Positions 1 to 9,629 of a stretch of DNA of 64,000 nt are shown here, in pieces (position 1 is the stretch's first letter; each line of letters begins with the position of its first letter). The DNA lies in NCBI GenBank assembly GCA_016182915.1, contig JACPFP010000003.1, positions 251,685 to 315,684 of the forward strand, in the 5' to 3' direction. Both the position numbers and the translations under genes were made by a program. Under the pieces are notes generated by a model. It made no database searches. It was given only the letters and a program-made list of their open reading frames with translations, and was not told where the DNA came from. The stretch comes from Candidatus Dojkabacteria bacterium (GTDB lineage: Bacteria; Patescibacteriota; Dojkabacteria; SC72).

Positions 1-1054
1 GCCAGTAGTTTATACCCAGCTTTTCAACTTCCTCAACCATCTTTTTATAACCAAGTGCAACAGGAGTATCTTTATTATAAAAGTTTCTTTGATAAGTAAA
101 TTGATCTAACTGAACATAGTCTACTCCATAACTATGTAGTCTTTTAATCGTTTCAATACACTTTGAATACCATTTTTCATTATTTGGGTTCATTACATAG
201 AAAGGATGAGCTTTATAAAGTTCTACTACAGGAGTACTTTCCAAACCATTTGATTTTATCGTAGCATCATAAAACTCTGGATTTTCTTTTACCCAATCGT
301 AATCAGCAATTCTTGGAATAAAATGGTGACTTGTGAAAAGACCTTTTGAATGAATATATTCTAAGAGTTCTCTAAATCCTTCCTCACCTCCTAAATCCTC
401 AGCTATTTCATACCTAGGAAACATCCTATCAAAGCCTGAAGGATCAGTACCAAAGAAATGGACTATATGTCCGTGTCCGACATGCTCAGCATACTTATCA
501 ACTATGTAGTTTAAATCGCTAAACTTCTTGAACTTAGGAACACCATCAGGGGCAATGACACCTATTTGCAGTAAATACTTTGGAGTATCGAAATTAGTAG
601 CTACTTCAGGCACAATTCCATAGAAATCTTTATATGTTTTTATAGCGTTCTTCCAATCACCAACAAACGGTATAAATATGAAATCATGTTCACATGAAGT
701 GATTGTTATTTCAACTTGATTTCCTTCTATGCGTCTGATACTAAGTTTGCAAAACTTCTCAGTAGGTTTTCCACCGATGAAAATACCATCATTTCCCTTT
801 GTGAATAAGACAAGGGACTTTGTGGATGCGGTACCAGGATAACTTAAGGAATAGCTGAATTTTGTAGGCAAAGAGGTAATATCTTTTATGAATTCACCCT
901 CCTTAGACGGCCAAATAATAGCTTCAAGATCGATACAGAATGAAAAGGTGGTCTGTTCATCAAAAGTCTTAACAACTCTGAGGCTATTTCCATGAATCTG
1001 AACCTCTACTTCACGGAAAATTGACTTTAAATAGCTAATCGTTTCAGCTGGCAT
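1..1054 (-). CDS. hypothetical enzyme-like protein with complete N-terminus, truncated by the window edge; possibly a glycoside-hydrolase-like TIM-barrel protein
   Basis: ATG at 1054..1052 on the minus strand opens a frame that stays open to position 1. Translation begins MPAETISYLKSIFREVEVQIHG and contains ...HVGHGHIVHFFGTDPSGFDRMFP...WYSKCIETIKRLHSYGVDYVQLDQF, which reads as a globular enzyme. It is absent from the ORF track because it has no in-window stop. Confidence 0.5.
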   Translation of the reverse strand, partial: MPAETISYLKSIFREVEVQIHGNSLRVVKTFDEQTTFSFCIDLEAIIWPSKEGEFIKDITSLPTKFSYSLSYPGTASTKSLVLFTKGNDGIFIGGKPTEKFCKLSIRRIEGNQVEITITSCEHDFIFIPFVGDWKNAIKTYKDFYGIVPEVATNFDTPKYLLQIGVIAPDGVPKFKKFSDLNYIVDKYAEHVGHGHIVHFFGTDPSGFDRMFPRYEIAEDLGGEEGFRELLEYIHSKGLFTSHHFIPRIADYDWVKENPEFYDATIKSNGLESTPVVELYKAHPFYVMNPNNEKWYSKCIETIKRLHSYGVDYVQLDQFTYQRNFYNKDTPVALGYKKMVEEVEKLGINYW

Positions 1055-1195
1055 AACTAGTTTTTCAAAATTATCCCACTTACATTACAAGTCGTTAAAC
1101 AATCAATGATTAACTATTTATAACTTGAGTACTTCTTCATAGTAATTCTACAGATACTTTCTGTCAAGCAATATTTCTAATACTATACAATATCA

Positions 1196-1639
1196 CTACT
1201 TAACCACCAGGAATTCAACGGAAGCCCCTTCACTGGCTGAAAACACCCCCTCATACGTATACTCTTTTATAACTTCTACACATGCTTGAAAGGTTTGTGG
1301 TTGGGAAACCTTCAGTTTAATTGATACCTGTTCAGGAAAACTCTCCCTCACTATAGCTGAAACATCGGTTAGATAACAGGGAGTAGGGAGGAAACCCGTG
1401 ATTACATATGTCCATTGACTGTTCCCTTCGTAACGATACTTAAGCGTGAAGTCACCAGAGGACTGAGTATTGTAATCCCCTGAGTCTGTACTCGTTCCCG
1501 GCGATGGGACAGGATCAACAGTATTAGTATCTGTATCAGGATTATTCAGAGTATAGTCATTTGAGAAATATAGATAGGCGGCTAAACCTCCAAATATCAC
1601 AATCAAGGTAACAAGGGTATAAATAATAATCTTTTTCAT
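1196..1639 (-). CDS. hypothetical membrane-anchored protein (N-terminal TM helix, Thr/Asp/Pro-rich linker)
   Basis: 147-aa ORF with N-terminal hydrophobic helix IIIYTLVTLIVIFGGLAAYLYF. No recognisable family. Confidence 0.45.
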   Translation of the reverse strand: MKKIIIYTLVTLIVIFGGLAAYLYFSNDYTLNNPDTDTNTVDPVPSPGTSTDSGDYNTQSSGDFTLKYRYEGNSQWTYVITGFLPTPCYLTDVSAIVRESFPEQVSIKLKVSQPQTFQACVEVIKEYTYEGVFSASEGASVEFLVVK

Positions 1640-1772
1640 AAAGTTTATGATTAACTTATATCCTTCAATCTAGCACAAAGTTGTGGATTTGTATCTTGTA
1701 TTGCAACTTGTGCTGATATTGGTATAATGGCGAACACGTTATAGGATAACTTTAAAGTATTATTTTGTATAT

Positions 1773-2057
1773 ATGACAGAAGGACAAAAATGGCCGGAAA
1801 GTCCAGAGGAATTAAGAGCCCTTGCAAAGGAGATTCTTCAAAATGCTGAAGATAGTAGTCGTGGCGTTTTTACATACACATACGACATTGGTGATCCAAA
1901 GGCAATAACAATTTCGGTTACGGCCGATTCAAGAGTGAGTTTAATATTATTTATTGGAAGCCTTGAAGCCGAAATCGCTCAGAGAGATTTTTATTCACAC
2001 TCCAGTGGGTTAGACGAGAAGAATACCTATTGGACAACAATCACTCCCAAGAATTAA
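1773..2057 (+). CDS. hypothetical small protein
   Basis: 94-aa ORF in an otherwise unexplained gap, with plausible residue composition. No family recognised. Confidence 0.35.
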   Translation: MTEGQKWPESPEELRALAKEILQNAEDSSRGVFTYTYDIGDPKAITISVTADSRVSLILFIGSLEAEIAQRDFYSHSSGLDEKNTYWTTITPKN

Positions 2058-2094
2058 TAGATTTTAAAGACGTAATCCTGTTATAATAGCAGAT

Positions 2095-2544
2095 ATGAAT
2101 AAAGAAATATTTGAATTTCTAAAGCATAATAAGCTGATAACCCTTGCAACAAGTGATAGTGAATTTCCGTGGGTATGTAACCTATACTACGTTGTAGATG
2201 ACAATCTCCACTTCTATTTCCTCTCTTCACCTCAGACTATCCATGCAAAACAGTTGATGGAAAATAACAAAGTCGCATTTACGGTGACAGATACCCACCA
2301 AACCCCTACAGACAAAAAAAAGGCAATACAAGCAACAGGTATAGCAAAAAAAGTAACTGATTTAAAAAAGGTTATCTGGTTTATATCCCAATTTACAAAA
2401 GATCCCAAGAAATATAACGCCAAGGAAATTGTTAAAAGTATAGGGAGGGTCGTATACGAGATAACTCCGACCAAAATGAAATTTTTCAATCAAGAACTTT
2501 ATGAAGAAGAGGGCGGTTTTAAATGGGTTGAAATTAAAGAATAA
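2095..2544 (+). CDS. pyridoxamine 5'-phosphate oxidase-like FMN-binding protein (general stress protein 26 family)
   Basis: 149 aa. The N-terminal pattern LKHNKLITLATSDSEFPWVCNLYYVVDDNLHFYFLS is typical of the PNPOx-like split-barrel family. A TGnTATAAT-like -10 (ctgttataat, 2071..2080) sits close upstream of the ATG. Confidence 0.6.
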   Translation: MNKEIFEFLKHNKLITLATSDSEFPWVCNLYYVVDDNLHFYFLSSPQTIHAKQLMENNKVAFTVTDTHQTPTDKKKAIQATGIAKKVTDLKKVIWFISQFTKDPKKYNAKEIVKSIGRVVYEITPTKMKFFNQELYEEEGGFKWVEIKE

Positions 2545-2607
2545 CCAATATGAATAAGCCCTCCTTAACAACGATTACCCATTAAGACATTATCTTTATC
2601 CAACATT

Positions 2608-2970
2608 ATGTCACCATTCGTATTAAGACAAACATTATCCAAGGATCTTCCTTCCGTGAGTGATAAATATGGTGCTGAAAGTATTAACTCTGCACTAAAA
2701 GGAGTACTACCTATAAAAATTACTCTAGATAAAAAACCATACTGGCAATACAACGGTCCTGGAACTAACCCGATTAACGTGAGTGCTGAAGCCGGAGAAT
2801 CCGATAGTATTGATATTAACCTAGGAGAACATGTTGTACATTTCGTTTCAGGATCACTAATCGGAATTGAATACAGTAAACTGGAAAATAGGGACACCGT
2901 AAAAGTAAGCATAATTTCCAAAGACACGGCAGAAGGTATTAACCTAACGATATGGGGAATAATTCCCTAG
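2608..2970 (+). CDS. hypothetical protein
   Basis: 120-aa ORF. Its composition is more protein-like than the overlapping antisense ORF 2565..2927. Its end overlaps the 3' end of msrBA by 4 nt in convergent orientation. Confidence 0.35.
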   Translation: MSPFVLRQTLSKDLPSVSDKYGAESINSALKGVLPIKITLDKKPYWQYNGPGTNPINVSAEAGESDSIDINLGEHVVHFVSGSLIGIEYSKLENRDTVKVSIISKDTAEGINLTIWGIIP

Positions 2971-3899
2971 TTCTTTCTTAATTCATGCAATACTTTATCT
3001 AGTTTAGGTTTAATTACAACTCTGCAGTAGCTTCCATTACTATTATTCTCGTAATAGTTTTTATGATAATCCTCAGCCTCGTAAAAGGTATCAAGCTTTC
3101 TCACTTCCGTTACAATTGGAGCCGTGAATTCTTTGCTCACTTTCTTAATAACTTTTTGAATAGCTATTAAATCCATATCTTCACTGTAAAGTATTATAGA
3201 CCGATATTGAGTACCAACATCATTTCCTTGCCTATTAAGGGTTGTTGGATCATGAGCAAGATAGAAAACTTCTAAAATCTTCTCTAATGTTATGATACTC
3301 GGGTCAAAAATCAACTTGGCCACTTCGGCATGTCCTGTCCTACCCGTCGTTACCTGCTCATAGGTTGGATTTGCAACAGTTCCGCCTGCATAACCCGAAA
3401 TAGTTTCCAAAATACCTGGAACCCTTTTATATACAGCTTCGATACACCAGAAACATCCTCCTCCAAGAACAATCTCTCTCTTTTCTACAGTCTTCGCCTT
3501 TATATATTCCCCCGCTCTCTCAACAGGTATGAATCTAATTGATATGGAATTGACACAGTGCCGTGTATCCTTCTCCGTCATATTTTCACCTTTAAAGACG
3601 TGACCTAGATGACCACCACATCTATTACAAACAATCTCAGTTCTATATCCATCGGAATCTACAAGCTCTCTTACAGAGTCAGGGAAGGTATCATCAAATG
3701 CAGGCCATCCACATCCTGCTTCAAACTTAGCTTTAGAGTCAAATAACGGGTTGTCACACTGTTTACATACATATATCCCGTCCTTAAAAAAATCATCATA
3801 CTCCCCTGTAAAGGCTCGTTCTGTAGATTTCTCGAGTATAACCTTTCTCTCCAGCTCTGTAAGTTTATTCATACTTCCATTATATGATACACTGAACAA
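2967..3899 (-). CDS. msrBA: bifunctional methionine sulfoxide reductase, MsrB (N-terminal) fused to MsrA (C-terminal)
   Basis: The N-terminal half carries the SelR/MsrB zinc ribbon CKQCDNPLF...CNRCGGHLGHVF with GWPAF. The C-terminal half carries the MsrA active site GGGCFWC...GHAEV. Confidence 0.9.
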   Translation of the reverse strand: MFSVSYNGSMNKLTELERKVILEKSTERAFTGEYDDFFKDGIYVCKQCDNPLFDSKAKFEAGCGWPAFDDTFPDSVRELVDSDGYRTEIVCNRCGGHLGHVFKGENMTEKDTRHCVNSISIRFIPVERAGEYIKAKTVEKREIVLGGGCFWCIEAVYKRVPGILETISGYAGGTVANPTYEQVTTGRTGHAEVAKLIFDPSIITLEKILEVFYLAHDPTTLNRQGNDVGTQYRSIILYSEDMDLIAIQKVIKKVSKEFTAPIVTEVRKLDTFYEAEDYHKNYYENNSNGSYCRVVIKPKLDKVLHELRKN

Positions 3900-3902
3900 T
3901 AT

Positions 3903-4844
3903 ATGAATATACTGCCTACAATACTCTCACTCATAGTCTTAATATTTTTTCTGGTCAAATCTGCAGACCTGCTAGAAGATTCTTTCGTAGGAGTATCAAA
4001 AAAGCTCGGAGTCAATACATTTGTAGTCGGCTTCCTAATCCTTGCGATGACCTCATCCCTTCCCGAAACCTTTGTGGCCATCAATGCCGCCGCCAATGAT
4101 TACTCATCTCTCTCAGTGGGTAATATTGTTGGAGCAACAATTCTAATCCTCACACTAGTACTGGGATTAAGTGCTATAAAAAATGGTAGGACACCTTTTC
4201 GAGGATTATATAGTACTAAAGAGGTACTAATCTCACTTGCAATTATCTACGTTCAGATAATTGCCCTGATAGATGGGAAACTTGTATGGATGGAAGGTTT
4301 CTTTCTCATTACCATTTATACAGCCTTTCTCATATATATAATTGGAAAAAGTAGGGTACTTGATCTAAGTAAACATAGAAACGGGGCTTCGGTTCCCTTA
4401 ATTTTTGCCAAGGGTGTATTGGGAGTTTTTGGATTAATAATCACATCAAACCTAACTGTAGCCCAATCTATTTCCCTTGCCCACCAGATTAGCATACCAC
4501 CAGTATTAATTGGTCTTCTTGGAATAAGCATTGGAACAAGTCTTCCTGAATTAACAATACTACTTAGGAGCCACAATAAGGAAACAAACACCCTAGCGGC
4601 AGGTAACTTCATTGGAAGCGCAACGTTTAACACTGCAGTTCTGGGACTCCTTACAATCCTAAACCCAACTATACTAAGGAACTTCACAAGTTTAGTTCCT
4701 GCGATTATGGTACTTTCAATAGTTATCTTTATGTTTTCTTTAATGGTAATAAACGACAGGGATATAACCAGAAGAGAAGGCTTTATTCTCCTCTTTACAT
4801 TTATTTTGTACATAATCCTCGAAGTATTCCTAAATTTTCGATAG
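3903..4844 (+). CDS. Na+/Ca2+ exchanger (CaCA) family membrane protein
   Basis: 313 aa and polytopic. It has the two alpha-repeat signatures G(T/S)SLPE (TSSLPETFV and IGTSLPELTI) characteristic of YrbG/CaCA exchangers. Confidence 0.8.
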   Translation: MNILPTILSLIVLIFFLVKSADLLEDSFVGVSKKLGVNTFVVGFLILAMTSSLPETFVAINAAANDYSSLSVGNIVGATILILTLVLGLSAIKNGRTPFRGLYSTKEVLISLAIIYVQIIALIDGKLVWMEGFFLITIYTAFLIYIIGKSRVLDLSKHRNGASVPLIFAKGVLGVFGLIITSNLTVAQSISLAHQISIPPVLIGLLGISIGTSLPELTILLRSHNKETNTLAAGNFIGSATFNTAVLGLLTILNPTILRNFTSLVPAIMVLSIVIFMFSLMVINDRDITRREGFILLFTFILYIILEVFLNFR

Positions 4845-4848
4845 ATAT

Positions 4849-4885
4849 CTTGACAGGCGTTAGCACTCGACGTTATACTCTGCTA
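4849..4885 (+). promoter_or_regulatory. sigma70-like promoter (TTGACA 4849..4854, TATACT 4873..4878) overlapped by a CIRCE-like inverted repeat TTAGCACTC-N9-ctcTGCTAA (4859..4885) upstream of hsp20
   Basis: The left arm matches the CIRCE consensus half-site TTAGCACTC exactly. The right arm matches GAGTGCTAA at 6 of 9 positions with the canonical 9-nt spacer. The element sits 57 nt upstream of the Hsp20 start. Confidence 0.45.
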
Positions 4886-4941
4886 AGAGGATATATGTGT
4901 AAACATCTACCTCGTATTTAATTTATTATTTATTAAATACT

Positions 4942-5391
4942 ATGCAAATAATCAAGAGAAATAGCGACGGAAATAAGGTCGTTTACAGACCATTCAGGTC
5001 TGCCTTTGACGATTTATTTATGTCACCGCTTGATGACTTCTTCTCTGTAACTCCAACATTAAGCACAAGAAATATAAGTGCAGATATGTGGGAAGAAGGA
5101 GAGAATGTCTTCGTTAAGATGGCGCTTCCTGGTATGAAAGAGGAAGATGTAAAGATTAGCATTGAAAACGATGTCTTAACCGTTTCCGCCTCAAATAAAC
5201 AGGAGGAGAAGGAAGAGGATAAAAAGACATACCTATACAGAAGTATGGAAACCTCGTATGAGCAGAGGTTTAATCTTCCATGCAAGGTCAATGTCGATGC
5301 TTCTGAAGCTAAGCTTGATAATGGTGTTATAACAGTTAGAATGCCAAAGTCAGAGGAGCAGAAGGCAAAAGAGATTAAGGTTTCGAAGTAA
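4942..5391 (+). CDS. small heat-shock protein, Hsp20/alpha-crystallin family
   Basis: 149 aa. The alpha-crystallin domain pattern DMWEEGENVFVKMALPGMKEEDVKISIENDVLTVSA...RFNLPCKVNVDASEAKLDNGVITVRMPK is present. Confidence 0.85.
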   Translation: MQIIKRNSDGNKVVYRPFRSAFDDLFMSPLDDFFSVTPTLSTRNISADMWEEGENVFVKMALPGMKEEDVKISIENDVLTVSASNKQEEKEEDKKTYLYRSMETSYEQRFNLPCKVNVDASEAKLDNGVITVRMPKSEEQKAKEIKVSK

Positions 5392-5413
5392 TCAAAGGAT
5401 TTTCCATTGATTT

Positions 5414-5444
5414 GAAAAGAGGAGGTATATACCTCCTCTTTTTC
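5414..5444. terminator. bidirectional rho-independent terminator between convergent hsp20 and copA
   Basis: A perfect 20-nt palindrome GAGGAGGTATATACCTCCTC (5419..5438) is flanked by an A4 tract upstream and TTTTT downstream. Confidence 0.7.
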
Positions 5445-5450
5445 TCCGTC

Positions 5451-7802
5451 CTACTTACCTACTTTATAAACTAACTTAAGCCTAAGACTGTTAAGAACAA
5501 CCGAGACAGAACTGAACGCCATAGCAATTCCAGCAATAATTGGGGAGAGCAATACACTTAAAAATGGATACAGAAGACCGGCAGCAACCGGGATTCCAAC
5601 AATATTGTATCCGAAAGCCCAGAAGAGGTTTTGTTTAATAACCCTGAGTGTTTTCTGGGAGAGTGTTATTGCATCAACCAGCTTATTTAAATCGCCTTTT
5701 ATGAGAATAATGTCTGCAGATTCTATTGCAACATCCGTCCCAGTCCCCATAGCAATACCTAAATCTGCCTGAGCTAGTGCAGGAGCATCGTTAACCCCAT
5801 CCCCAACCATTGCAATTATTTTACCTTTGTTCTGCTCCATGAGCTCTTTAATTACCCTAGCTTTATCTGTTGGTAAAACATCCGAGATAACATTGTCTAT
5901 ATTCAATTCCCTTGCAATCTTCTGGGCTACTCCACTATTGTCTCCCGTTAACATTATCGTTTTGATTCCCATCCTGTGAAGCCTTACAAGAGCCTCTGTT
6001 GATTCAGGCTTGATAATATCTGCAATACCTATTACAACCACAGCTTGCCCATCTATAGCGGCTATAACTGAGGTCTTTGCCTCCTCACTTAGCTTCGAAA
6101 CCTTTTCCTTTATATCTTCCCCCATTTTCATATTTAACTTCCCATATAATTTCTCATTACCAATAGTTACAAGTTTTCCCTCAACATACCCACTAACCCC
6201 CATACCTTCGTGATTTTCAAATTTCTCAACTTTGATTACCTTAGAATCCGTCATCGTTGAAACAATATATCCAGTTACCGCAGTTGAGAGTGGATGCTCT
6301 GAAAGATCCTCCACACTCCTAATCATAGATACTTCCTCATTACTCAAATCCCTTATCTTAAGGAAGTCAGTTACCTCAGGTCTACCAATTGTGAGGGTGC
6401 CTGTCTTATCGAAGACTATACTATCGATCTTATGAGCAATCTCTAGTGCCTCTGCATTTTTAAGAAGAATTCCATTTTCAGCCCCAAGTCCAGATCCAAC
6501 CATTATCGCAGTTGGGGTTGCGAGACCAAGAGCACATGGACATGCAATGATGAGAACGGTAGTAGCAATATAGATAGCAAGTTGAAGAGTATTTACGTCT
6601 GCACTAATGATTCCTAACATCGGAGCAATAAAGAACCAGAAAAGGAAAGAGAGTGCAGAGATAGCTATGACAATGGGAACAAATATACTCGATACCTTAT
6701 CCGCCAACTTTTGGATTGGAGCCTGAGAAGCCTGAGCCTCTTCAACGATCTTAATAATCTGAGAGAGCATTGTATCTGCCCCAACCTTCTCAACCTTAAA
6801 CTTTAGTGATCCGGATCTATTTATAGTTCCTCCTATAACCGAATCTCCCTTTCCTTTTGTAACAGGAAGTGACTCCCCAGTTACCATTGATTCATCAACG
6901 GTTGATTCGCCTTCAACAATTACACCATCAACCGCAATCTTCTCTCCAGGTTTTACAATTACAATATCCCCCATAACCAGTTCCTCTAATGCTACTTTGA
7001 TAACCTCACCATCCCTCTCTACCATTGCATCTTTTGCCTGTAGTTGTAGAAGTTTCTGGATTGCACTATTTGCCTTTCCCTTTGCCCTCGCTTCAAGAAG
7101 CCTACCTAGAAGGATAAAGAATATTATAAAGACGGAGGCTTCAAAAAAGACTTCAGCTTCTCCCGTTACCCCTACAAAAAGAGATGGAAAAAATGTTACA
7201 ACTGTGGAGAAAAGCCAGGCGGTGAATGTTCCGACAGCAATCAAGGTATCCATATTAGCAGTTCGAACTTTAAAGGCGGTAAGGGCACTTTTGAATATTC
7301 TACTTCCTGCCAAAAAGAGAATTGGCGTCGCAAGTATAAACTGGAGCAGGAAGAAAAGAGGAATTGCATATCCCTGAGGACCAAAGACAACCTCTCCAAA
7401 AAATTCCATCGGACTACCTGCACTTCCACTCTTAAAGAGAAGCATCCAAATCATAAAAACAAGAAAAGGGATAGATCCAAGACCACTCCATAAGACACTT
7501 CTTTTGAGTGCTTTCAAATCTTCCTCTTTTAACATGGCGGCATGGTCGTGAGCAGAATGTCCATGGCTTTGTGCACTCTCACTCTCATCTCCGGTAACTA
7601 GTTTATAACTTCCTACGCTTGATACAGCCTCTTTAATACTCTCTAAACTTGTATTCTTCTCATCGTATTCCACACTAAGCTTCTCTGCTGCGAAGTTAAC
7701 CATAGCACTCTGTACACCTTTCAGTTCACCTACACTATCCTCAATCAGCGCTTTACATGATGCACAGTGCATACCTATAACTGGATATATCTCCTTTTTC
7801 AT
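5451..7802 (-). CDS. copA: copper-translocating P1B-type ATPase
   Basis: 783 aa. It has an N-terminal HMA domain [15 protein letters not shown], the CPC motif [11 protein letters not shown], the phosphorylation motif DKTGTLT, and [10 protein letters not shown]. Confidence 0.9.
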   Translation of the reverse strand: MKKEIYPVIGMHCASCKALIEDSVGELKGVQSAMVNFAAEKLSVEYDEKNTSLESIKEAVSSVGSYKLVTGDESESAQSHGHSAHDHAAMLKEEDLKALKRSVLWSGLGSIPFLVFMIWMLLFKSGSAGSPMEFFGEVVFGPQGYAIPLFFLLQFILATPILFLAGSRIFKSALTAFKVRTANMDTLIAVGTFTAWLFSTVVTFFPSLFVGVTGEAEVFFEASVFIIFFILLGRLLEARAKGKANSAIQKLLQLQAKDAMVERDGEVIKVALEELVMGDIVIVKPGEKIAVDGVIVEGESTVDESMVTGESLPVTKGKGDSVIGGTINRSGSLKFKVEKVGADTMLSQIIKIVEEAQASQAPIQKLADKVSSIFVPIVIAISALSFLFWFFIAPMLGIISADVNTLQLAIYIATTVLIIACPCALGLATPTAIMVGSGLGAENGILLKNAEALEIAHKIDSIVFDKTGTLTIGRPEVTDFLKIRDLSNEEVSMIRSVEDLSEHPLSTAVTGYIVSTMTDSKVIKVEKFENHEGMGVSGYVEGKLVTIGNEKLYGKLNMKMGEDIKEKVSKLSEEAKTSVIAAIDGQAVVVIGIADIIKPESTEALVRLHRMGIKTIMLTGDNSGVAQKIARELNIDNVISDVLPTDKARVIKELMEQNKGKIIAMVGDGVNDAPALAQADLGIAMGTGTDVAIESADIILIKGDLNKLVDAITLSQKTLRVIKQNLFWAFGYNIVGIPVAAGLLYPFLSVLLSPIIAGIAMAFSSVSVVLNSLRLKLVYKVGK

Positions 7803-7819
7803 TTTAATCTTTGATAAAC

Positions 7820-9283
7820 TTAGATTACCTCAACAGTTACCGGTGAGACCATTCCCATCGTACAGGTTATCTTGTAGACACCTTTCTGGGGTGTACCAAG
7901 GTCAATTTCATTCCTTCCTGGTTTAAGTTGAACATAGTTATTCATAAGTCCTCTAGCTAGTAGGTATGATCCGCAGCCTTGAATGCCATTATTCTGAACA
8001 ACAAGCTTCGTTGGAACTCCAGCCTTAATCTTGCTTCCACTTTTAATTTCATATTCAAAACCGCTAGCAGTGAGATTTATAATCTGATATCCCTCTTTGT
8101 CCGGCTCTACCACAGAAGTACCACTTGTCTTTGGAGCACTGTATGAAGGAAGTTTAATATCACTTAGACTTTTAAGACCTAATACATTTAACTGAGCATT
8201 GAAGTTGTATAGTGCGAAGAACAATACCAGTGCACCAGCAACATAGTTAAAAGTTGCATTAAGTTTGGGTCTCTTTGAAACCTCTACACTTGTAAGGCTG
8301 ATGAGGGCAAGGATTGGGAGGGTTCCTAGAGAGAAGAAAAGCAGAATCATTGCACCAGAAAGGAAGGACCCAGAGGTTAAAGCTAATGCCTGTGCAGTTA
8401 TAGTAAAGCCACATGGGAGAAAGAATGTTAAAGCTCCAACCACTAATGGCATATACTTTCCCTGAAAGTCTTCCTCAGATGTTATTTTTCTGGATATAAA
8501 CTTGGGGACTTTAAACTGAAACTTGCTGGCCCACTCAATACCAAGCATCTGCAATCCAAGAATTGCCATAATTAAAGAGACAAGAACGACTCCGATTGTT
8601 GTAAAGGTAGAGGACCCTTCTATTGTTAATCCTAGTGTTCCACCGAGTAACCCAAGAAGTCCACCAAGGAGAGTAAAAGATATAATTCTTCCAATATTAA
8701 ACATGGTAAATGGAATTAGTTTCTGAACTTTGGAGCTAGAGTATATATATACTTCTGACCACTGTTTAGAGAGTGAGAGAAGAAGTCCACCAATTAATGC
8801 TGCACAGCTTGAAAGTCCTGCGACAATCCCAAAAAGGAAGAATGCAGGATATGAGGAGGATGAGGAAACAGATATTCCTGAGGCTAATCCACTCTTTTCG
8901 AGGGTCTTGAAAAGCACAACAAAGACAATGAAAAGAAAAAGAGTCCTAAGAAGAGTCTTCATCTTATCTGTATTGATACTAAGAAAACCATTCTTAATTG
9001 AGATTAATGGAGTTAGATCTTTATAGTATTTTTTCTGTGAGAACATATATCCTGTCTCGTGAAAGATACTGTTTAGTTCCTCTTCAGTCGGCTTGCTCCC
9101 TTTATAGCTAATATTCAATTCTCCCTTTGCAAGTGAGGCATCTACAAATTCCAAATCATCATACTTTTTAAGAAGTTTCTTCTCAATTAGTACTTCACAT
9201 GATGCACAGTGCATTCCGTTTACATAGTATTTACACTGTTTAATCTCAGATTGAAACACTTTTTTTCTTTTGCTCTTACTCAT
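7820..9283 (-). CDS. HMA-domain membrane protein: N-terminal heavy-metal-associated domain, DsbD_2/TauE-like permease core with intramembrane Cys, and a C-terminal cupredoxin-like domain; putative copper handling
   Basis: The N-terminus has the HMA motif [14 protein letters not shown]. About 8 TM helices carry conserved Cys ([19 protein letters not shown]). The C-terminal ~100-aa beta-rich domain has QGCGSY...KITCTMGM (Cys/Met). It lies between csoR and copA on the same strand. Confidence 0.65.
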   Translation of the reverse strand: MSKSKRKKVFQSEIKQCKYYVNGMHCASCEVLIEKKLLKKYDDLEFVDASLAKGELNISYKGSKPTEEELNSIFHETGYMFSQKKYYKDLTPLISIKNGFLSINTDKMKTLLRTLFLFIVFVVLFKTLEKSGLASGISVSSSSSYPAFFLFGIVAGLSSCAALIGGLLLSLSKQWSEVYIYSSSKVQKLIPFTMFNIGRIISFTLLGGLLGLLGGTLGLTIEGSSTFTTIGVVLVSLIMAILGLQMLGIEWASKFQFKVPKFISRKITSEEDFQGKYMPLVVGALTFFLPCGFTITAQALALTSGSFLSGAMILLFFSLGTLPILALISLTSVEVSKRPKLNATFNYVAGALVLFFALYNFNAQLNVLGLKSLSDIKLPSYSAPKTSGTSVVEPDKEGYQIINLTASGFEYEIKSGSKIKAGVPTKLVVQNNGIQGCGSYLLARGLMNNYVQLKPGRNEIDLGTPQKGVYKITCTMGMVSPVTVEVI

Positions 9284-9291
9284 AACTATTC

Positions 9292-9549
9292 TTAGTTTAA
9301 TTTATAAATATCGAGAAGTTCTTTAACTGCACTTTCACTTTTACCTTCTTTAATCTGATCTACTAAACATGTGGTCATATGGTTTTCAATGATGACCATA
9401 TCTAGTTTCTTTAGGGCTTTCTGTACAGCAAGAGATTGCAATACTATATCCACACAGTATGCATCTTCTTCTATCATTCTTTCAATAGCGTTGACATGTC
9501 CTTTGATTATTTTCATTCGGTGAACTACCTTTTCTTTATGTGTTTTCAC
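9292..9549 (-). CDS. csoR: CsoR/RcnR-family metal-sensing transcriptional repressor (GTG start)
   Basis: 85 aa. RMKIIKGHVNAIERMIEEDAYCVDIVLQSLAVQKALKKLDMVIIENHMTTCL aligns with the CsoR core, including the Cys...His...Cys ligand positions. It is the first gene of the copper operon. Confidence 0.8.
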   Translation of the reverse strand: MKTHKEKVVHRMKIIKGHVNAIERMIEEDAYCVDIVLQSLAVQKALKKLDMVIIENHMTTCLVDQIKEGKSESAVKELLDIYKLN

Positions 9550-9567
9550 TATAAATATACCTTTATG

Positions 9568-9596
9568 TTATATCCCCCATGGGGGGACTAGATATT
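9568..9596 (-). promoter_or_regulatory. putative CsoR operator: GC-tract palindrome CCCCCATGGGGG with AT-rich flanks, just upstream of csoR
   Basis: tatatCCCCCATGGGGGGactagatat starts 25 bp upstream of the csoR start. Known CsoR operators are G/C-tract pseudo-palindromes with AT flanks. Confidence 0.4.
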
Positions 9597-9629
9597 TATA
9601 ACAAAGTTTAAAAAGAATTGCAAATGGAA

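Noticed and set aside
2232-2927. ORF-track ORFs 2232..2489(-), 2362..2571(-) and 2565..2927(-)
   Set aside because: They are antisense to, or overlap, the better-supported PNPOx-like gene and the 2608..2970(+) ORF. Their hydrophobic low-complexity translations are typical of antisense frames in AT-rich DNA.
3330-4813. Antisense ORFs 3330..3542(+), 3869..4096(-) and 4316..4813(-)
   Set aside because: They lie inside the msrBA and Na+/Ca2+ exchanger genes, which have strong motif support on the opposite strand.
4983-7429. ORFs 4983..5291(-), 6010..6213(+), 6232..6435(+), 6997..7377(+) and 7241..7429(-)
   Set aside because: They are embedded in hsp20 and copA, whose coding frames are unambiguous.
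8265-9026. Three plus-strand ORFs inside the HMA-permease gene
   Set aside because: They are antisense to a gene with clear HMA and TM architecture, and no supporting signals are present.
9574-9586. The CCCCCATGGGGG palindrome as a rho-independent terminator
   Set aside because: There is no loop, no downstream U-tract on either strand, and it sits in a promoter-proximal position for csoR. An operator is the more plausible reading.
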